Assembly (NCBI GenBank): GCA_964016885.1
Contig: OZ024759.1
Location: 13,950,001 to 14,014,000, forward strand
Source: Eledone cirrhosa
Lineage: Eukaryota
Direction: 5' to 3'
Length of the DNA: 64,000 bases
A program made the position numbers and the translations under genes. Within the stretch, counting starts at the first letter, position 1. The number at the start of each line of letters is the position of its first letter. Below are positions 39,150 to 55,044 of the stretch, piece by piece. The notes under the pieces were generated by a model that was given only the letters and a program-made list of their open reading frames with translations, searched no databases and had not been told where the DNA came from.

Positions 39150-41430
39150 AACATCATCATCATTTTATGTCCACTTTTCCTTGCTTGCAAGGGTGGGACG
39201 GATCCTCTTCAGCACAGCATCTCTCCATTTGTCACGCGCCTTCGTCATCTCTGTGAGCAACAGCAATCTGAGGTCAGCTCTCACCACCTCTGCCAATGTT
39301 TTCCATGGTCTTCCTCTACAGCATCTTCCTTCCAATGGGATTACCTGGCACTTCTTTACCCAGTGGTCCTCCTCCATGTGCATCACATGGCCATACTAAT
39401 GCAGTCTTCTCTCCTGCGCACTACAACTTATCCTGCTTATACACAGTTTTTCTCTCAACTCGTCCAGGCTTGATTGTTCATGCGCATTGACATTGCACAT
39501 CCATCAGAGCATGCTTGCTTCATTTCTCTCCAGCCTTCACATATCCTCCGAAGCTGCTGCGCATGTTTCACTACCATGCAGTATTACACGTCTCATACAG
39601 GCATCATACAACCAACCTTTCATTCACAGGGAGAAACCCTTCATTGTCAACAAAGGAAGCAGCTACCTAAACTTCTTCCACCCTGTCCTTATTCTAAATA
39701 CTATGGCCTCGGAGCATCCTCCTCCCTGGCTAATTTGATCACCTAGATATTGAAAGCTATCAACCACCTCTATAGATCCTACCTGCATTTGAAAAATGTG
39801 TCTGTCACTGACACCTCTACTATCAATTTTTCCTGAACATCTACTACATATAAAGTTTTCCTTCCCTGTTAGTTTGCCTGCTATCCCACTAAACCTCTTG
39901 TATACCCAAGATTTGCATTGTGTACATTTTATAGAGTTTATACCAACTCCTTTTCTACATATCGAGTATGGCCATTTCCCTGATGAAATCAGAGTTTTGT
40001 TCTCTTTCCTACTTATCAACACCTTTGTCTTGGTTTACTCTCAGTCCTTTTAATTCTAACTGCTGTTTCCAAGGCTGGAATTTATTCTCTAGCTCCTCTA
40101 CTGATTCTGCTATAAGTACCAGATCGTCAGCATAGAGAAGTTCCCATGGGCAGCCAGTCTAAAATTCCTCTGTTATGGCTTGGAGAACTATAATGAATAA
40201 GAGTGGGTTGAGGACCGAACCCTGATGCACTCCTACTTGTATCTGGAATTCTTTACCTAGCTCCATTCCTACTCTCACTTTACTGACAGCTCCTCTGTAC
40301 ATAGCTTGCATTGTCCTCACAAGCCATTCTTCTACACCTAGTTTCCTTAGGGACCACCAGATGACAGATCGGGGTACTCTATCAAAGGCTTTCTCTAGAT
40401 CAATAAAAGCTAAGTATAGTGGCTTATTCTTCTCTAAGAACCTCGCTTGTAGTTGTCTTACTAAGAAGAGGGCACCTGTTGTACTTTTCCCAGGCGCAAA
40501 ACCAAACTGCATCTCATCTAATTTGACCCATTCTCTAATTAGTTGTGGTAGCACTCTTTCTGTCAGTTTCATAACCTAATCCATAAGTTTTATGCCCCAA
40601 TAATTGCTCCTCTTCAGAATATCCCCTTTACCTTTGTAGCAATTTATGAGAATACTGTTGCACCAGCCTTTAGGTATGACTCCACCATATATTACTTGAT
40701 TGTCTATGCATGTAACTAGTTTAGTCCCTACTTCTCTAGATGCCTTTAACATCGCAGCAACTATCACTGATGGTCCAGCAGCCTTACTACTTTTCATTTC
40801 TTTAATTGCTTCTTTTGTTCCTCTGCTGGGGGTAGTTTCTTTCTCAAATTCATTCTCAACATTCATCAGTCTCTCATAATGACATTTCCAGGCCTCTTTT
40901 TTCTGAACATCAGTGATGCTAAGTGCACCAGCATCATTTTGGACATGTTTATCTCCAACAACATCCTGATTTACACTGACACATTGCCTTGCAATGCAAA
41001 ACACCTCTCGTCTGTGATCCTCTCATCGCAAAACATTGGCAAATCTCCTACTCTCAGCTTCCTTGCATGCTATGTTCAATTGACGTTCAGCCTATCTTTT
41101 AGTGGCTGAGTACCGGTCTCTACTCCCCCCATTTTTCCAATCTTTCCATGCTTGTCTTTTGTCTTTAATGGTTCTATCCACCTTGTTGTTCCACCACCAT
41201 GTCACCCCATGTCTGGTTGGAGCTGAAGTCTCTTCAGATGCGTACAGTAAGTTGTCACATAAGAACTTTCAGTTATCATCTCTGTCATACAATTCTAATT
41301 CATCATCTCTCTCAGCATACACATCCCGTCGGGCTTTCCTAAACCTATATTTAAGTGAAAGGTCCTTTAGCTTCCATACCTCCCTGTGCGTCTCATTCTG
41401 TCTCTTGCTTATTGATATATCACTAACAAC
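39150..41430 (-). mobile_element. RTE-type LINE, decayed, 5'-truncated
   Basis: Fragmented ORFs with QFGFAPGKSTT, AFIDLEKAFDRV, GVHQGSVLNPLLF, LLYADDL (about 40120-40140), a PHD-like Cys cluster and a (TGA)n tail. Confidence 0.92.
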
Positions 41431-41470
41431 TAACCTATGTAGGGTTGGGGGTGCATATATATGTATATAC

Positions 41471-42975
41471 TTTGGTAGAAAGCTGTAGATGAAAAATCAT
41501 ACCACGCACAAAAGACACTCTGATTCAACAATGACACCGCTTGGGTAAACATATCTGACCCAGAAGATTCATTCAAAATCTCAATGGGGTCACACGACAG
41601 CGCAGATATATGTAATCTCATTGGATTATTCATCCTCCATACGCTTAAGCAGAAATTCCCTGACCATACCATTGGTCTATACCAAGATGACGGTCTTTCC
41701 CTAAGCCATGACTGCAATGGGTATGACATGGACAAGTTCTGTAAAGACCTGATAAATACCTTTCATGATCAAGGCCTTAAAATCACAGACAACACAAACA
41801 TCATCAGTGTAAACTTCCTCAACGTCAACCTAGAAATACCAAAGGATACATATAAACTATATCAAAACCCGAATGAGAGACTGAAATACATCAATAGAGG
41901 ATCAGGCCACCCGCCCACAGTGTTTAAAAATCTAGTGCCCAATATTAGCTGCAGGATCTCAAACTTATCATCCAGCAGAGAGATATTTTGAAAAATTAGC
42001 ACTATACTACAACAAGGCCCTCCGAGATAGTGGATTTAACCCTTTAGTATTGAAACTGGCTGTTTCTGGCCAGAATTCTCTCACCTCTTTCTACTCAAAC
42101 AGCCATAACTGGACATTCATACTGATGTTAAGGTATTCTCAATATAAATAACATCAAAATCTCATAGATTTGGTATTATGTGAGGTATTCATCATCATCA
42201 TCATTTTACGTCCGCTTTTCCCTGCTTGCAAGGGTGGGACGGGAACTGATTCTGGGTTGATTTCTACAGCTGGATGCCCTTCCTAACACCAACCTCATTT
42301 ACAATGAGTGCTGGGTACTTTTTTGCCGTGGCACCTCCATGACCACTTTGCAGTGGAATGATATGGACTCCAGTCCCTATCATCTCATTTCTACAGCTGA
42401 GTAAACTGGACCAATGTGAAATAAAGTGTCTTGCTCAAGAAAACAACACATCACCAGGTCTGAGAATTGAACTCACGACCTTTCAATTGCAAGGCTCTAA
42501 CCACTAAGCCATGTGCCTCCATACATTATGTGAGATAAAGCCTTTACCATGAAAATACAATAGTAAATATAGAGTAATGTAAATGCTAAAGGGTTAACAA
42601 ACAAATCAAATACATTCCTAATAGCCACCCACACAGAAACAACATAGAAGAAGAAAAATAATTTGGTTTGCTCATCTTTTCTCACTAAATATAAATACTA
42701 ATGTAGGTAAGAAGTTCTTAGACCTTATAGATAAGCACTTTAACCCTCAACACAGATATAGTAAGATCTTCAATCAATGTCCTGTGAGAATTTCCTATTC
42801 TTGCACCCCATCCCTGAAATTAAAAATAACTACTAAAAATAAACTCCATGAACATCCAAGATATTTTTGCAGGAGGAAAGACTGTCCATTACAGCAAAAC
42901 TGTAATGTTAAATCCATAATTTACGAAGCAGAGATCAAACACACAAAAGCTATGTGCTTGAATGGCATTTAAACC
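41471..42975 (+). mobile_element. Decayed Penelope-like retroelement (Naiad-like RT plus start of GIY-YIG region), interrupted at 42040-42593
   Basis: MGSHDSADICNLIGLFIL...GLYQDDGL...VNFLNVNL...YINRGSGHPP...RISNLSS and RISYSCTP...FCRRKDCPLQQNCNVKSIIYEAEI correspond to the MGSFDGAE/GLYRDDGL RT and CNC..CPL..C linker of Naiad-type PLEs; stops and frameshifts present. Confidence 0.8.
42040..42593. mobile_element. piggyBac-type MITE (carrying a SINE) inserted in the PLE
   Basis: TTAA|CCCTTTAG...CTAAAGGG|TTAA; removing it rejoins KALRDSGFN/KQIKYIP. Confidence 0.88.
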
Positions 42976-43280
42976 ACCCATATCATCATCATCATCATTT
43001 CACGTCCATCTTCCACACTAACATGGGTTATACGGGTTTGTCCCATTTAGAGGCAAGTTGGGTCGGGTGACTGTGCCTCACTCATATAGGACTGTTTCTG
43101 GCTGGTTTTCTATGGCTGTATGCCTTTCCTAGCGCCAACCACATTCACAGTGTGTGCTGGGTGCTTTTTGCCGTGTCTTTTACACGATCACTTTACAGTG
43201 TGGACTGAGTGCTTTTTGTTGCGACACCTAACGGCCACTTTACAGTGTGGGCTGGATGTTTTGTGGTACCAACATAACAT

Positions 43281-43312
<32 letters not shown>

Positions 43313-44614
43313 TCTCTCACCTCTTTCTGTTCAAACTAGCCCTAATTGGCTGCTCATACTGATATTATGTGAGATACAGCCTTTACCATGAAAATACAAT
43401 AGTATTAAAAGTGCCTCCTCCATTATACAGTGGTGGCCATGACTGGACCCCGAAACCATTGGTAGCACATACATGTTTAGTGTATGAAACTTAGTTAACA
43501 CTATATATATATTTCATATAGTAATGACCAGAACTGTTCCATTCATTAAAGATCATCAACAATGTCCTAGTGATAATTTCAAACGAATGAAACAGTTTTA
43601 GTCCTGTAGAAGTCATTTGTAAATAAAAGACAGGCACAAATATATATATATACATATGGAGGCACATGGCTTAGTGGTTGGAGCATTGGCCTTGCAATCG
43701 AAAAGTTGTGAGTTCAATTCTCAGACCGGGTGATGTGTTGTTTCCTTGAGCAAGACACTTCATTTCAAATTGCTCCAGTTTACTCAGCTGTAGAAATGAG
43801 ATGATAGGACTGGGGTCCCTATCATTCCACTGCAAAGTGGTCATAAAGGAGCCACGGCAAAAAAGCACCCAGCCCACACTGTAAAGTGGACGTGTAGGCG
43901 CCACGGCAAAAAAGCACCCAGCACTCACTGTAAATGAGGTTGGTGTTAGGAAGGGCATCCAGCTGTAGAAATCAAGCCAGAATCAGTTCCCGTCCCACCC
44001 TTGCAAGCAGGGAAAAGCGGACATAAAATGATGATGATAATGATGCTATCATCCAGTCTTACTGAAGTATCAGGTGAAGCTCCTGGCGAAAGTGCTTGAC
44101 TATTCCTGCACCTTAGCCTCCCTATGTCTTACTGAAGTGTCCTGGTGAGGGAAATTGTCTATTCCAGCACTTCAACCCATCTATCAGCTGTGAGAATGTC
44201 ATGAATGCCTTAGCTGGCTTCAAGTATTTTTAGAAGCCGACATTGCCCGTAGAGAGAGACCCACTATCACCTGAGGTAATGTCATGTCTTGACTTACTTC
44301 TAAAATATTTAGATGAAAACACCAACATTCCCTGTTGAGGGTTGGCTGTAAAGTTCATAGGCTAACCAAGATACTCTCAGGGAATGACCAAATGAGGTTT
44401 ATTTTTCATAGTCTTTGGAAAGAATAAATGCAGTTTTTAATAAAAAGAGTTGAAATCAATGCATGCAAGATTTCACAGCTCTAGCATCACTCCTTCATAG
44501 TCATCCTATGAATTTTTCATCCCACTCAGATTCGGAGGTAGCATTGTCCGATCCCCTTTTCTCTGTGTACACAACCTGTGTTCACCATGTTTCCTTTATA
44601 ACCGTTATGCAATA

Positions 44615-44664
44615 CACCTGATGATGTCACTGGAATCTTACTGGTCATTGAAATATATATAGTG
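44615..44664 (+). ncRNA. Type I hammerhead (same family as 61793-61850)
   Basis: CAC CTGATGA tGTCACTGG...CTGGTCATt GAA ATATATAT A GTG; the downstream 200 bp are homologous to the reverse complement of 61600-61790. Confidence 0.55.
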
Positions 44665-44873
44665 CCTGCAGAATAATATCTTTAAAGGAATTTCAACTTT
44701 CTGGCCTCCTGTCACTTTATTCAATATTGTTTAACTCGGTCCACGCACCATCAACATAATCTTACACCAAAGATGATTGAGTTGCATAACGTTGAGTGCT
44801 TTCATACTATTGCATCATGATTAACAACACAGAATGAAAAGTTCTATCCAGTGGTGAACCACCAACTTCAATG

Positions 44874-44910
<37 letters not shown>

Positions 44911-45106
44911 ATGTGTGTGCGTGTATACAAAAAATATATATGCATATATACATACATAATATATATATACGTATATACATATATATGTGTGTGTGTGTGT
45001 GTGTATATATATGTGTGTGTATATATATATATATATATATACAAAAAAAAATATATGCATAAATACATACATAGTAGATATATATATATATATATGTGTG
45101 TGTGTG

Positions 45107-45152
<46 letters not shown>

Positions 45153-46669
45153 TACATATATATATACAACTATAAATATATAATATATATACATGTATGT
45201 ATGTATACTCACACATATATATATATATATATAATATATATGTGTGTGTTTGGGTATCTATATATATATTTGTGTATATATATATCTACATTTGTTCATG
45301 ACAAGTCTTGATGTGGAGAATGTCGTAAAAAAAATTAAGTAAAAAGCATATATAACGTGCATAGATTAAAACAATATTTGATTTTTCTGCGTTGTATAAC
45401 AATGTCTATAATAATTAATTAATTAATTAATTAATAATTTAATTAATTGTAATTGATTAAATAGTTAATTGTATGTGAATACGAAAGTATGTTAGAGAAA
45501 TGTTGCTAGTATCAGTGTGACTAGTGTTATGGTGATCAGCGAGATGTTTCGATAGTTTATAATATTGTGGAAAGACGACAAACTAAACAACTTCAGCGCA
45601 GGCGAGAACAAATAATATACGGTAGGAAAATTGAAATAATCTTATTTACCCCTCCACTTATTATTTTTCAGTAAATGAATCTAATCTGCTTCTTGTAGAA
45701 CAATTACTGTCCCCTAAACCTGTAATAACCCCGTTAAAACCTCGACGCTGAAATTTGAAATATTTTACCAAATTATGGTTTCTTAGTAACGTTTCTTTGT
45801 TTCTTGTTTCGTTCGTCTCTCATTTTCTTTTTTTCTTTTGATTTGTCATTTTATATCTATTTTTAAAACAAAATTTGTTCTAATGTAAAAAGCTAGGATG
45901 TTTTTTTTTTTTTTTTTTCTTTGTGTGTTGAAGCAATTGTGTGTGATTTTTACTTTTTAAATAGTAACTGGGTGATACATTTCCTGCGTTTGATGTACTA
46001 GTGGTTGTTGTTTATTTCTTAAAATCAGCCCTGATCAACGGTACTTAATGTCCAAAGGCGTTTTGGCTTTCACTACACTAGACCAGAGATGGCCGTGTTG
46101 TACGTGGAGAACAGATGACATGGGCCTAACATATTTCAGGCTAGCCCTACCTACTCCGTTCAACTTCTAGTTCTTATATTCACTTCTGTTACCTGAAAGT
46201 ACACCATATATATATATTTATTAAAATAACAGATTAAAGTTTAAGCAAAGAATCGCTGCTTTCACCCTTAACGGGATCTTCTGAAATTATATATATCGAC
46301 AGTCGATCGATTTTCGTCAAATCGAACCAAGGAAACAGTGTTTCCGTTGGTCTTTCCAATTACTAATACGACCTATCGGTCGCAAATCCAGGTAGAAGGA
46401 GCAACGTGAAATATATATATTTATATATTCATATACATTACTATATAGACCCGTTAAACCTTTGCTAACAGGGAAAGTGGATGTTAAAACGACACTGATG
46501 ATGGTAATATATATATATTTAGGGATTGTAACGTCCAGTTACTGTAGGTTCACAAGAGTCAGCATTCGATGCGTAGTTTCCAGTAAGTATATTGGTTTTG
46601 TACTAAGCAGAGTATAATATTGATAATAATGAAAAGGACGAAATGTTAGATCTTCATAACGTTTGAGGT

Positions 46670-46742
46670 GTGACGCGCGTTTCGCGATTGATCAGTTCAA
46701 GGTTCGATCTGTATCGACTCTGGAATCAAAAGCTCTTCGGAC
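46670..46742 (-). ncRNA. Hammerhead-like fold (CCGAAGA core, ACGCGCGT stem III, GUC) in palindrome 46621-46902; paralog 50163-50235 (+)
   Basis: gt CCGAAGA GCttTTGATT...GATCAAtcGC GAA ACGCGCGT C ac; stem I only 2 bp by eye. Confidence 0.5.
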
Positions 46743-46901
46743 TTCTGCTATGGTAATGGCATAGCAGAAGTCCGACAAGCTTTTGATTCCAGAGTCGGGC
46801 CAGATCGATACAAATCGAATCTTGAGCCGATCAATCGCGAAACGCGCGTCACACCTCAATAAACGTAATGAAGATCTAACACTTCGTCCTTTGTATTATT
46901 A

Positions 46902-49030
<2,129 letters not shown>

Positions 49031-49288
49031 TCATCATCGTTTAACGTCCATGTTCAACGCTTGCATGGGTTTGGACGGGAGTTTTCCCACTTGAGGCAAG
49101 AGTGGTTGTCATTGCTCGCATAGGACTGTCTGGCGGGTTTTCTACAGCTGGATGCCCTTCCTAACACCAACCACATTTACAGTGTGGGGCTGGGAGGCTT
49201 TTACCGTGTTGCCTACACGGCCACATTACAGCGTGGACTGTGTTTTTTTGTCGTGACACCTACACGATCTCATTTGTTATATATACAC

Positions 49289-49319
<31 letters not shown>

Positions 49320-49585
49320 TATATATACACACATATATATATATACATATATGGAGGCACATGGCTTAGTAGTTAGAACATTGGCCTTGCAATCGAAAGG
49401 TTGTGAGTTCACTTCTCGGACCGGGTGATGTGTTGTTTCCTTGAGCAAGACACTTTATTTCACATTGCTCCAGTTTACTCAGCTGTAGAAATGAGATGAT
49501 AGGACTGGGGTCCCTATCATTCCACTGCAAAGTGGTCGTGGAGGTGCCACGGCAAAAAAGCACCCAGATACACACATATATATAT

Positions 49586-49644
<59 letters not shown>

Positions 49645-50400
49645 TATATATGTGTGTACATATATATATACACACATCATCATCACTGTTTTACGTCCGT
49701 TCTTCCACGCTAGCTTAGGTGCGTTTCCAGAGATCTGGGCCTGAGAATACCTTCTATTTAAGGGATTCCTCCGAAGGGTCTTTGGAGTAATGTTACTTGA
49801 TAGAGTGCATAGCTCGGAGATCAGAGAGTCACTCTAGGTAGAGCTGCTACTTTGAATTGAGATATCACAGCTGTAATATTATGGGCATGTGGTTAGAATG
49901 TCTCAGGAAAGAATTGCTAGACAGATTTTACAGGCAAAACCAACCAACAGGAGATCCAGAATAAGATGGTTGGATAACATCCATGATCTCTGCTGGTCTC
50001 GCTTGAGGATCCAGCCCGATCAGTTGGAGATTGTTTCTTCTGACAAGACCTGCTGGGAGGAGTGTTTGAGGATTCTGCTCCCCGTTTCGTGATTGATCAA
50101 TCTGGCCCAACTCTGGAATCAAAAGCTTGTCGGACTTCTGTTATGTCATTACCATAATAGAAGTCCGAAGAACTTTTGATTCCAGAGTCAGGCCAGATTG
50201 AACTTTGAGCTGATCAGTTGCGAAACACGCGTCACACCTCAATAAACGTAATGGAGATCTAACACTTCGTCCTTTTTATTATTATCATCAGTATTACACT
50301 CTGCTTAGTACAGCACCAATATACCTACTGGAAACTACACATTGAGTGCTCCCTCTGGTGAACCTGGATGTTACAATCCCTAAATATATATATATATATA

Positions 50401-51219
50401 CTAGCAGAAGTACCCGGCGTTGCCCGGGTGTAAGTCGACCTTTGGTCTGTTAGAATGTGTGAAAGTTACTTCCCGCGCATCACAGGTTCAAAACTTCGAA
50501 CTTCAATGAAAAAAAATAGGTTAGTAGACGCAGGTGTGTAATTTATCAATTGTAGTTACACAGTGTATCGTTGAAATTGTTCTCTGCACGACTGACGGAA
50601 GTCAAAATCGCTTGATATTGAATGTTCGGTTAATTTAAAGCAGGGTGAAAATGTCGATTTTTTTTCAGGTTTTTTTTTTTATTACAATTTTTGCGCTCAC
50701 ATGTGCAGAAGAAGAATTAAAAGGGCCTTTATCTTAACCGCGGCATAATGGCGACTCTTTTGTGACAGTTTTCAAGAATATCGGACGTTCCTGTAAAAAG
50801 TTTTCCCATGTGTAACTTTGCCTTGCTTCAGTTTTATTGATTTTTTACATCAATGCGTGATCTCTGAAGTAGATTTGAATATGAAAAGATAAACTATTTA
50901 ATGGTCGGTCGTTTACTGAGACAGCTGGGAAGACATGCATCTGGCCGTCCAATCAATAACGCACGTCCTTATAATTAATTAATTTTATATGGGCATATGA
51001 AATTTATTTTTATTGCGCCAGATGTAAACTAAGAGTTCTTGTGTTCGAATTCACATAAAATTTCATTGGAATCGAAAAACATCGAAAATTTCAAGTAGCC
51101 TATTCCACTCTACGCGTTGAGTTTTATATATGTGTGAGGTTTCATGAAAATTGGATGAACGGTGTAGCATGCAAGTTCGGAACACCAAACAATGCCCATC
51201 TTCACTTTATATATATAGA
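50401..51219 (-). mobile_element. Non-autonomous Helitron
   Basis: A|TCTATATATATAAAG 5' end; CCCGGgcaacgCCGGG hairpin then CTAG|T; inserted in an AT site of a (TA)n run. Confidence 0.85.
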
Positions 51220-51355
51220 TATAAACAGAAGGGATATTTAATTTGTTGGAAATTCAACAAATATAAATGTTTATAACTGATTCAGAGCACTCGACAGATT
51301 TTTCTGGAGTAAATATTCAATGATATTAAATAAATGGAAACTATTTATTTAATAT

Positions 51356-51407
<52 letters not shown>

Positions 51408-51438
51408 AGATCAAAAGATGGTTAAAGGAGTTCCATGT

Positions 51439-51507
51439 ATTTTATTATGCGCATTTCAAAAACAAATATCATCATGCAATAATATTTGTGTTTTCATCAG
51501 ATAAAAC
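51439..51507 (-). ncRNA. Type I hammerhead, left arm of palindrome
   Basis: Exact reverse complement of 51628-51696. Confidence 0.85.
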
Positions 51508-51627
51508 AGGAGGACATGATATGAAGGCTAAAAAACACTTGTGGATAGTTCAGTTTTAAATCAACATATATGTTGATTTAAAACTGAACTATCCACAAGT
51601 GTTTTAACCTTCATATCATGTCTTCCT

Positions 51628-51696
51628 GTTTTATCTGATGAAAACACAAATATTATTGCATGATGATATTTGTTTTTGAAATGCGCATAATAAAAT
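51628..51696 (+). ncRNA. Type I hammerhead ribozyme, best-formed copy
   Basis: GTTTTAT CTGATGA AAAcACAAATATTATT gcat GATGATATTTGTtTTT GAA ATGCGCAT A ATAAAAT; full core, 7-bp stem I, about 15-bp stem II, palindromic stem III, AUA site. Confidence 0.85.
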
Positions 51697-51820
51697 ACAT
51701 GGAACTCCTTTAACCATCTTTTGTTCTTATATATTATGTATACTCCAGTCCTACAAACTGTAGAGTGCTTCTTATCCGATATCTGCATTGCTTTATTGTA
51801 CTACAATAAAACTCACCTCC

Positions 51821-51884
<64 letters not shown>

Positions 51885-51904
51885 CATATATATATATATA
51901 CATA

Positions 51905-52005
51905 CTAGCTGAGGCACCCAGCTTCGCTTGGGTTAACAAATGATAAGAGAAAACGTCTGTATTGAATGCATTGTCTTGTTTACAGTGTGTGTATTGTGTT
52001 TGTGC

Positions 52006-52071
<66 letters not shown>

Positions 52072-53528
52072 CTTTGTGAGTGTGCGTGTGTGTGTGTGTG
52101 TGTGTAAACCACCGTTGGAATCGGAGACATAGGCCGCGAAGCACGATCATCACTGACAACGAAATCGAGAGAGAATCCCTTATGGTTGATTCCCAACCTG
52201 CTAGAAGTAGCAGTCAGGTTGGTTAGCATACGTGGTATGTCTTTCTTCTTCTTTGGTGTTATAAAATTAGTATCAATAAACTTTCCTGGATATATTCTTA
52301 TCCCAATCCTGTACATACTTTCCGATTGTCACTTCGTTTTTTTTTGTGTAATACGCGAAGGATCCAACCAACAAACATCTCTCTTTTATATCTCTTTTAT
52401 TTGTTCATTCAAAATATTTTTCAGCTAATTCTGTCGTACAATATACATCAACAATCGTTATCTAATGTTTAAAACATGAATAGCTGCGATATATGCACCA
52501 TATCAATCAAAAACGATATGAGAATTGAATACCATACTAAAGCGCCAGTAAGCTTGCTAAGAACCTGCAGATAGAAATGTTAATAAATACAACATTTGGC
52601 TTGGGTAAACTTTAAGATGTTCTTTCATTGTAGGTTTCTTTTCTCAGCCAGTACGTTAAAGAAAATTGATAGTTACAACAATAAAGGTGGAACAGGGAAA
52701 AAATTTCTTAACAAACTTTACAATAATCTGTACAACCATAATGAAAATTCCAAGTAACAGAAAATACATAAATTATATTGTTAGAACCTCAGAGTATACA
52801 ATATTTTTTGTTCGGCTCTCGAGAGCAAAGATGAAGAGATTGTTTGGTGAGCTCACCCTAGAGCATCCTACATACAATTGACCATGGTTTTCCCAGATGA
52901 AGGCCAGCCACATTTAGGGTTTGACCCTGAGCTTTGTTGATGGTAATCGTAAAGCTTAGTCTCTCTGTTGCTCTAGTAACATTTTTTCTTCTGTAAAATC
53001 TGATCTTGTGCCCAGGCTAGGAGATTTTGGGTGGCATATCGGCAGTAACAATGAGGATAAGCCATCTGTGCTTTCGTGAAATAAATACGTTTGTTATAAC
53101 ATTTTTTCTTCTGGAAAATCTGATCTTGCGGCCAGGCTAGGACTTTTTTGGTGGCATATCGGCAGTAACAATGACGATAAGCCATCTGTGCTTTCATGAA
53201 ATAAATACGTTTGTTTATATTTTGTTTTTGTGTATGCAGAAATATCTGTACACGAATATATAATTATATATATATATATATTAAAATAACAGATTAAAGT
53301 TTAAGCAAAGAATAGCTGCTTTCACCCTTAACGTGATCTTCTGAAACTAAAAATCATCAATCTGTGAACGCAGAAGTAAATATTTCGAAAAACGTTGCAA
53401 CCGAAAGAAAACAGGAAGATGATACTTTGGTTCGTGAAGACATCTATGGTGCAAATTTGGTGCTGTTTGTTCCAGCCGCTTGGCGAAAAGTTTGTTACTT
53501 ACATACGGCCGTCAGCTTTATAGTATAG

Positions 53529-53529
<1 letters not shown>
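51905..53529 (-). mobile_element. Helitron derivative retaining PIF1 helicase C-terminus
   Basis: A|TC 5' end, hairpin CCCA..TGGG plus CTAG|T 3' end. 52773-52963 (-) encodes RLSFTITINKAQGQTLNVAGL / HGQLYVGCSRVSSPNNLFIF...TKNIVYSEVL with one frameshift. Confidence 0.88.
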
Positions 53530-53579
<50 letters not shown>

Positions 53580-55044
53580 TAAAATAACAAGAAAATCAGA
53601 AAGTACGTAAATGAACTTACATAAAGATTGTAACCTAAAATTTTTTGAATTTTAAATGAGTAGAGCTGGCTTAAGGTTCTACCAGTGGTTATCCTTTAGC
53701 ACTCCTGTTGACCTAACAGTGGTTATCCTTTAGCACTCCTGTTGACCTAACAGTGGTTATCTCTCACACTCTAGTTGACCTAAGGTTCTAACAATGACTA
53801 TCTTTAGCACTTCTGTTGACTTAAGGTTCTAACACTCCTGTTGATGTAAGGTTCTAACAGTGGCTGTCTCTAACATTTGTCAGGCAGTATGATTAATATT
53901 TTATGTTTTAATAAAAAAAATTACTTTATATATATCATCATCATCCTTTAACGTCCATCATCTACGCTAGCATGGGTAGGTTGGGCTGTCCCTTTGTGAG
54001 GGATCAGGACAGGGGACTGTGATTTGCTCACACAGAATTGATTTTCGCTTGGTTTCTATATGCTTTTCCTAATACCATATATATATACGCTATATGTGTA
54101 TTATCCGACTTCATGTTCCAGCCGACAGGCTGAGGCCATGCTGGGGCACCAGCTATATATATATATCATATATACTACATGTCTGAGTTGAAATCCCGCC
54201 GAGGTTAGCTTTGCCTTTCATCCTTATGAGGTCGATAAAATAAAGTACCAGTCACGTGCTGGGTTCGATTTAATTGACTTGCCCCTCCCCCAAAATTGTT
54301 GGCCTTGTGACTCAATCAGAAAGCATTTAGAAATCTATGAGGAAAACAAAACTGTCACAAGACGGGGGCACTAATATGTAGTTATGCCTAATGCAGTAAT
54401 CCAATCTAGTCCAACCCAGGGCCTTCTCACTCTTGTTGAAGAACTCCTCCCTGGTCGACCATCACTGTTTTTGGTTTTGGTCAGAGATGTAACCATCCTC
54501 ATTATGCTTGGCCAATTGCAGGTGGGTAAGGCTATTTAACCCATAGTTGGAGTGGATGGCCGTTGACTGAAGAGTTCATCTGCCCTTTTAACAGCTCTTG
54601 TTTGTTTTCCTACTGGGGTTCCACTTACCCTCCTCACCAGGCTGTACATGTCTGAAGGAGGTATATTGAGGACCTAGATATAAGCAACCTCCTCTTTTAG
54701 GGTTACATGTACTGTACATGTATGAAAGAGGTATATTGAGGACCTAGATATAGGAAACCTCCTTTTGGAGGGTCACATGTGCTGTACATGTATGAAGGAG
54801 GTATATTGAGGACCTAGATATAGGCAACCACCTCTTGTAGGGATACATGGTACCTGTAGCCTAATCTGACATGGATGTAGTAACCCAGCAGGGGTCAAAT
54901 AGAGGAGACAATCCATTGTTATTTAGCACACCTCTTACCCGTATGACATTGTATAATGTAGTCTGTTGAGCAAGTTGTCCGTAATGATGGTCACCACTGG
55001 AATGTCGTCTTCAAATATGTAGCAGTGGTAGTGGTGGTGGGAGT

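Noticed and set aside
42174-42535. attatgtgag as TSD of the nested SINE
   Set aside because: The uninterrupted MITE at 35583-35803 already has a ttatgtga duplication at that position, so the TSD is ambiguous.
45470-45625. Possible plus-strand first exon ending at G|gtagga
   Set aside because: No ATG-led ORF and no downstream coding exon could be linked.
46245-46290. Hammerhead-like CAGAAGA tCCC gttaa GGGt GAAAGCAGC (minus; paralog about 53305-53350)
   Set aside because: Core has A at position 4 and no stem I pairing; not counted.
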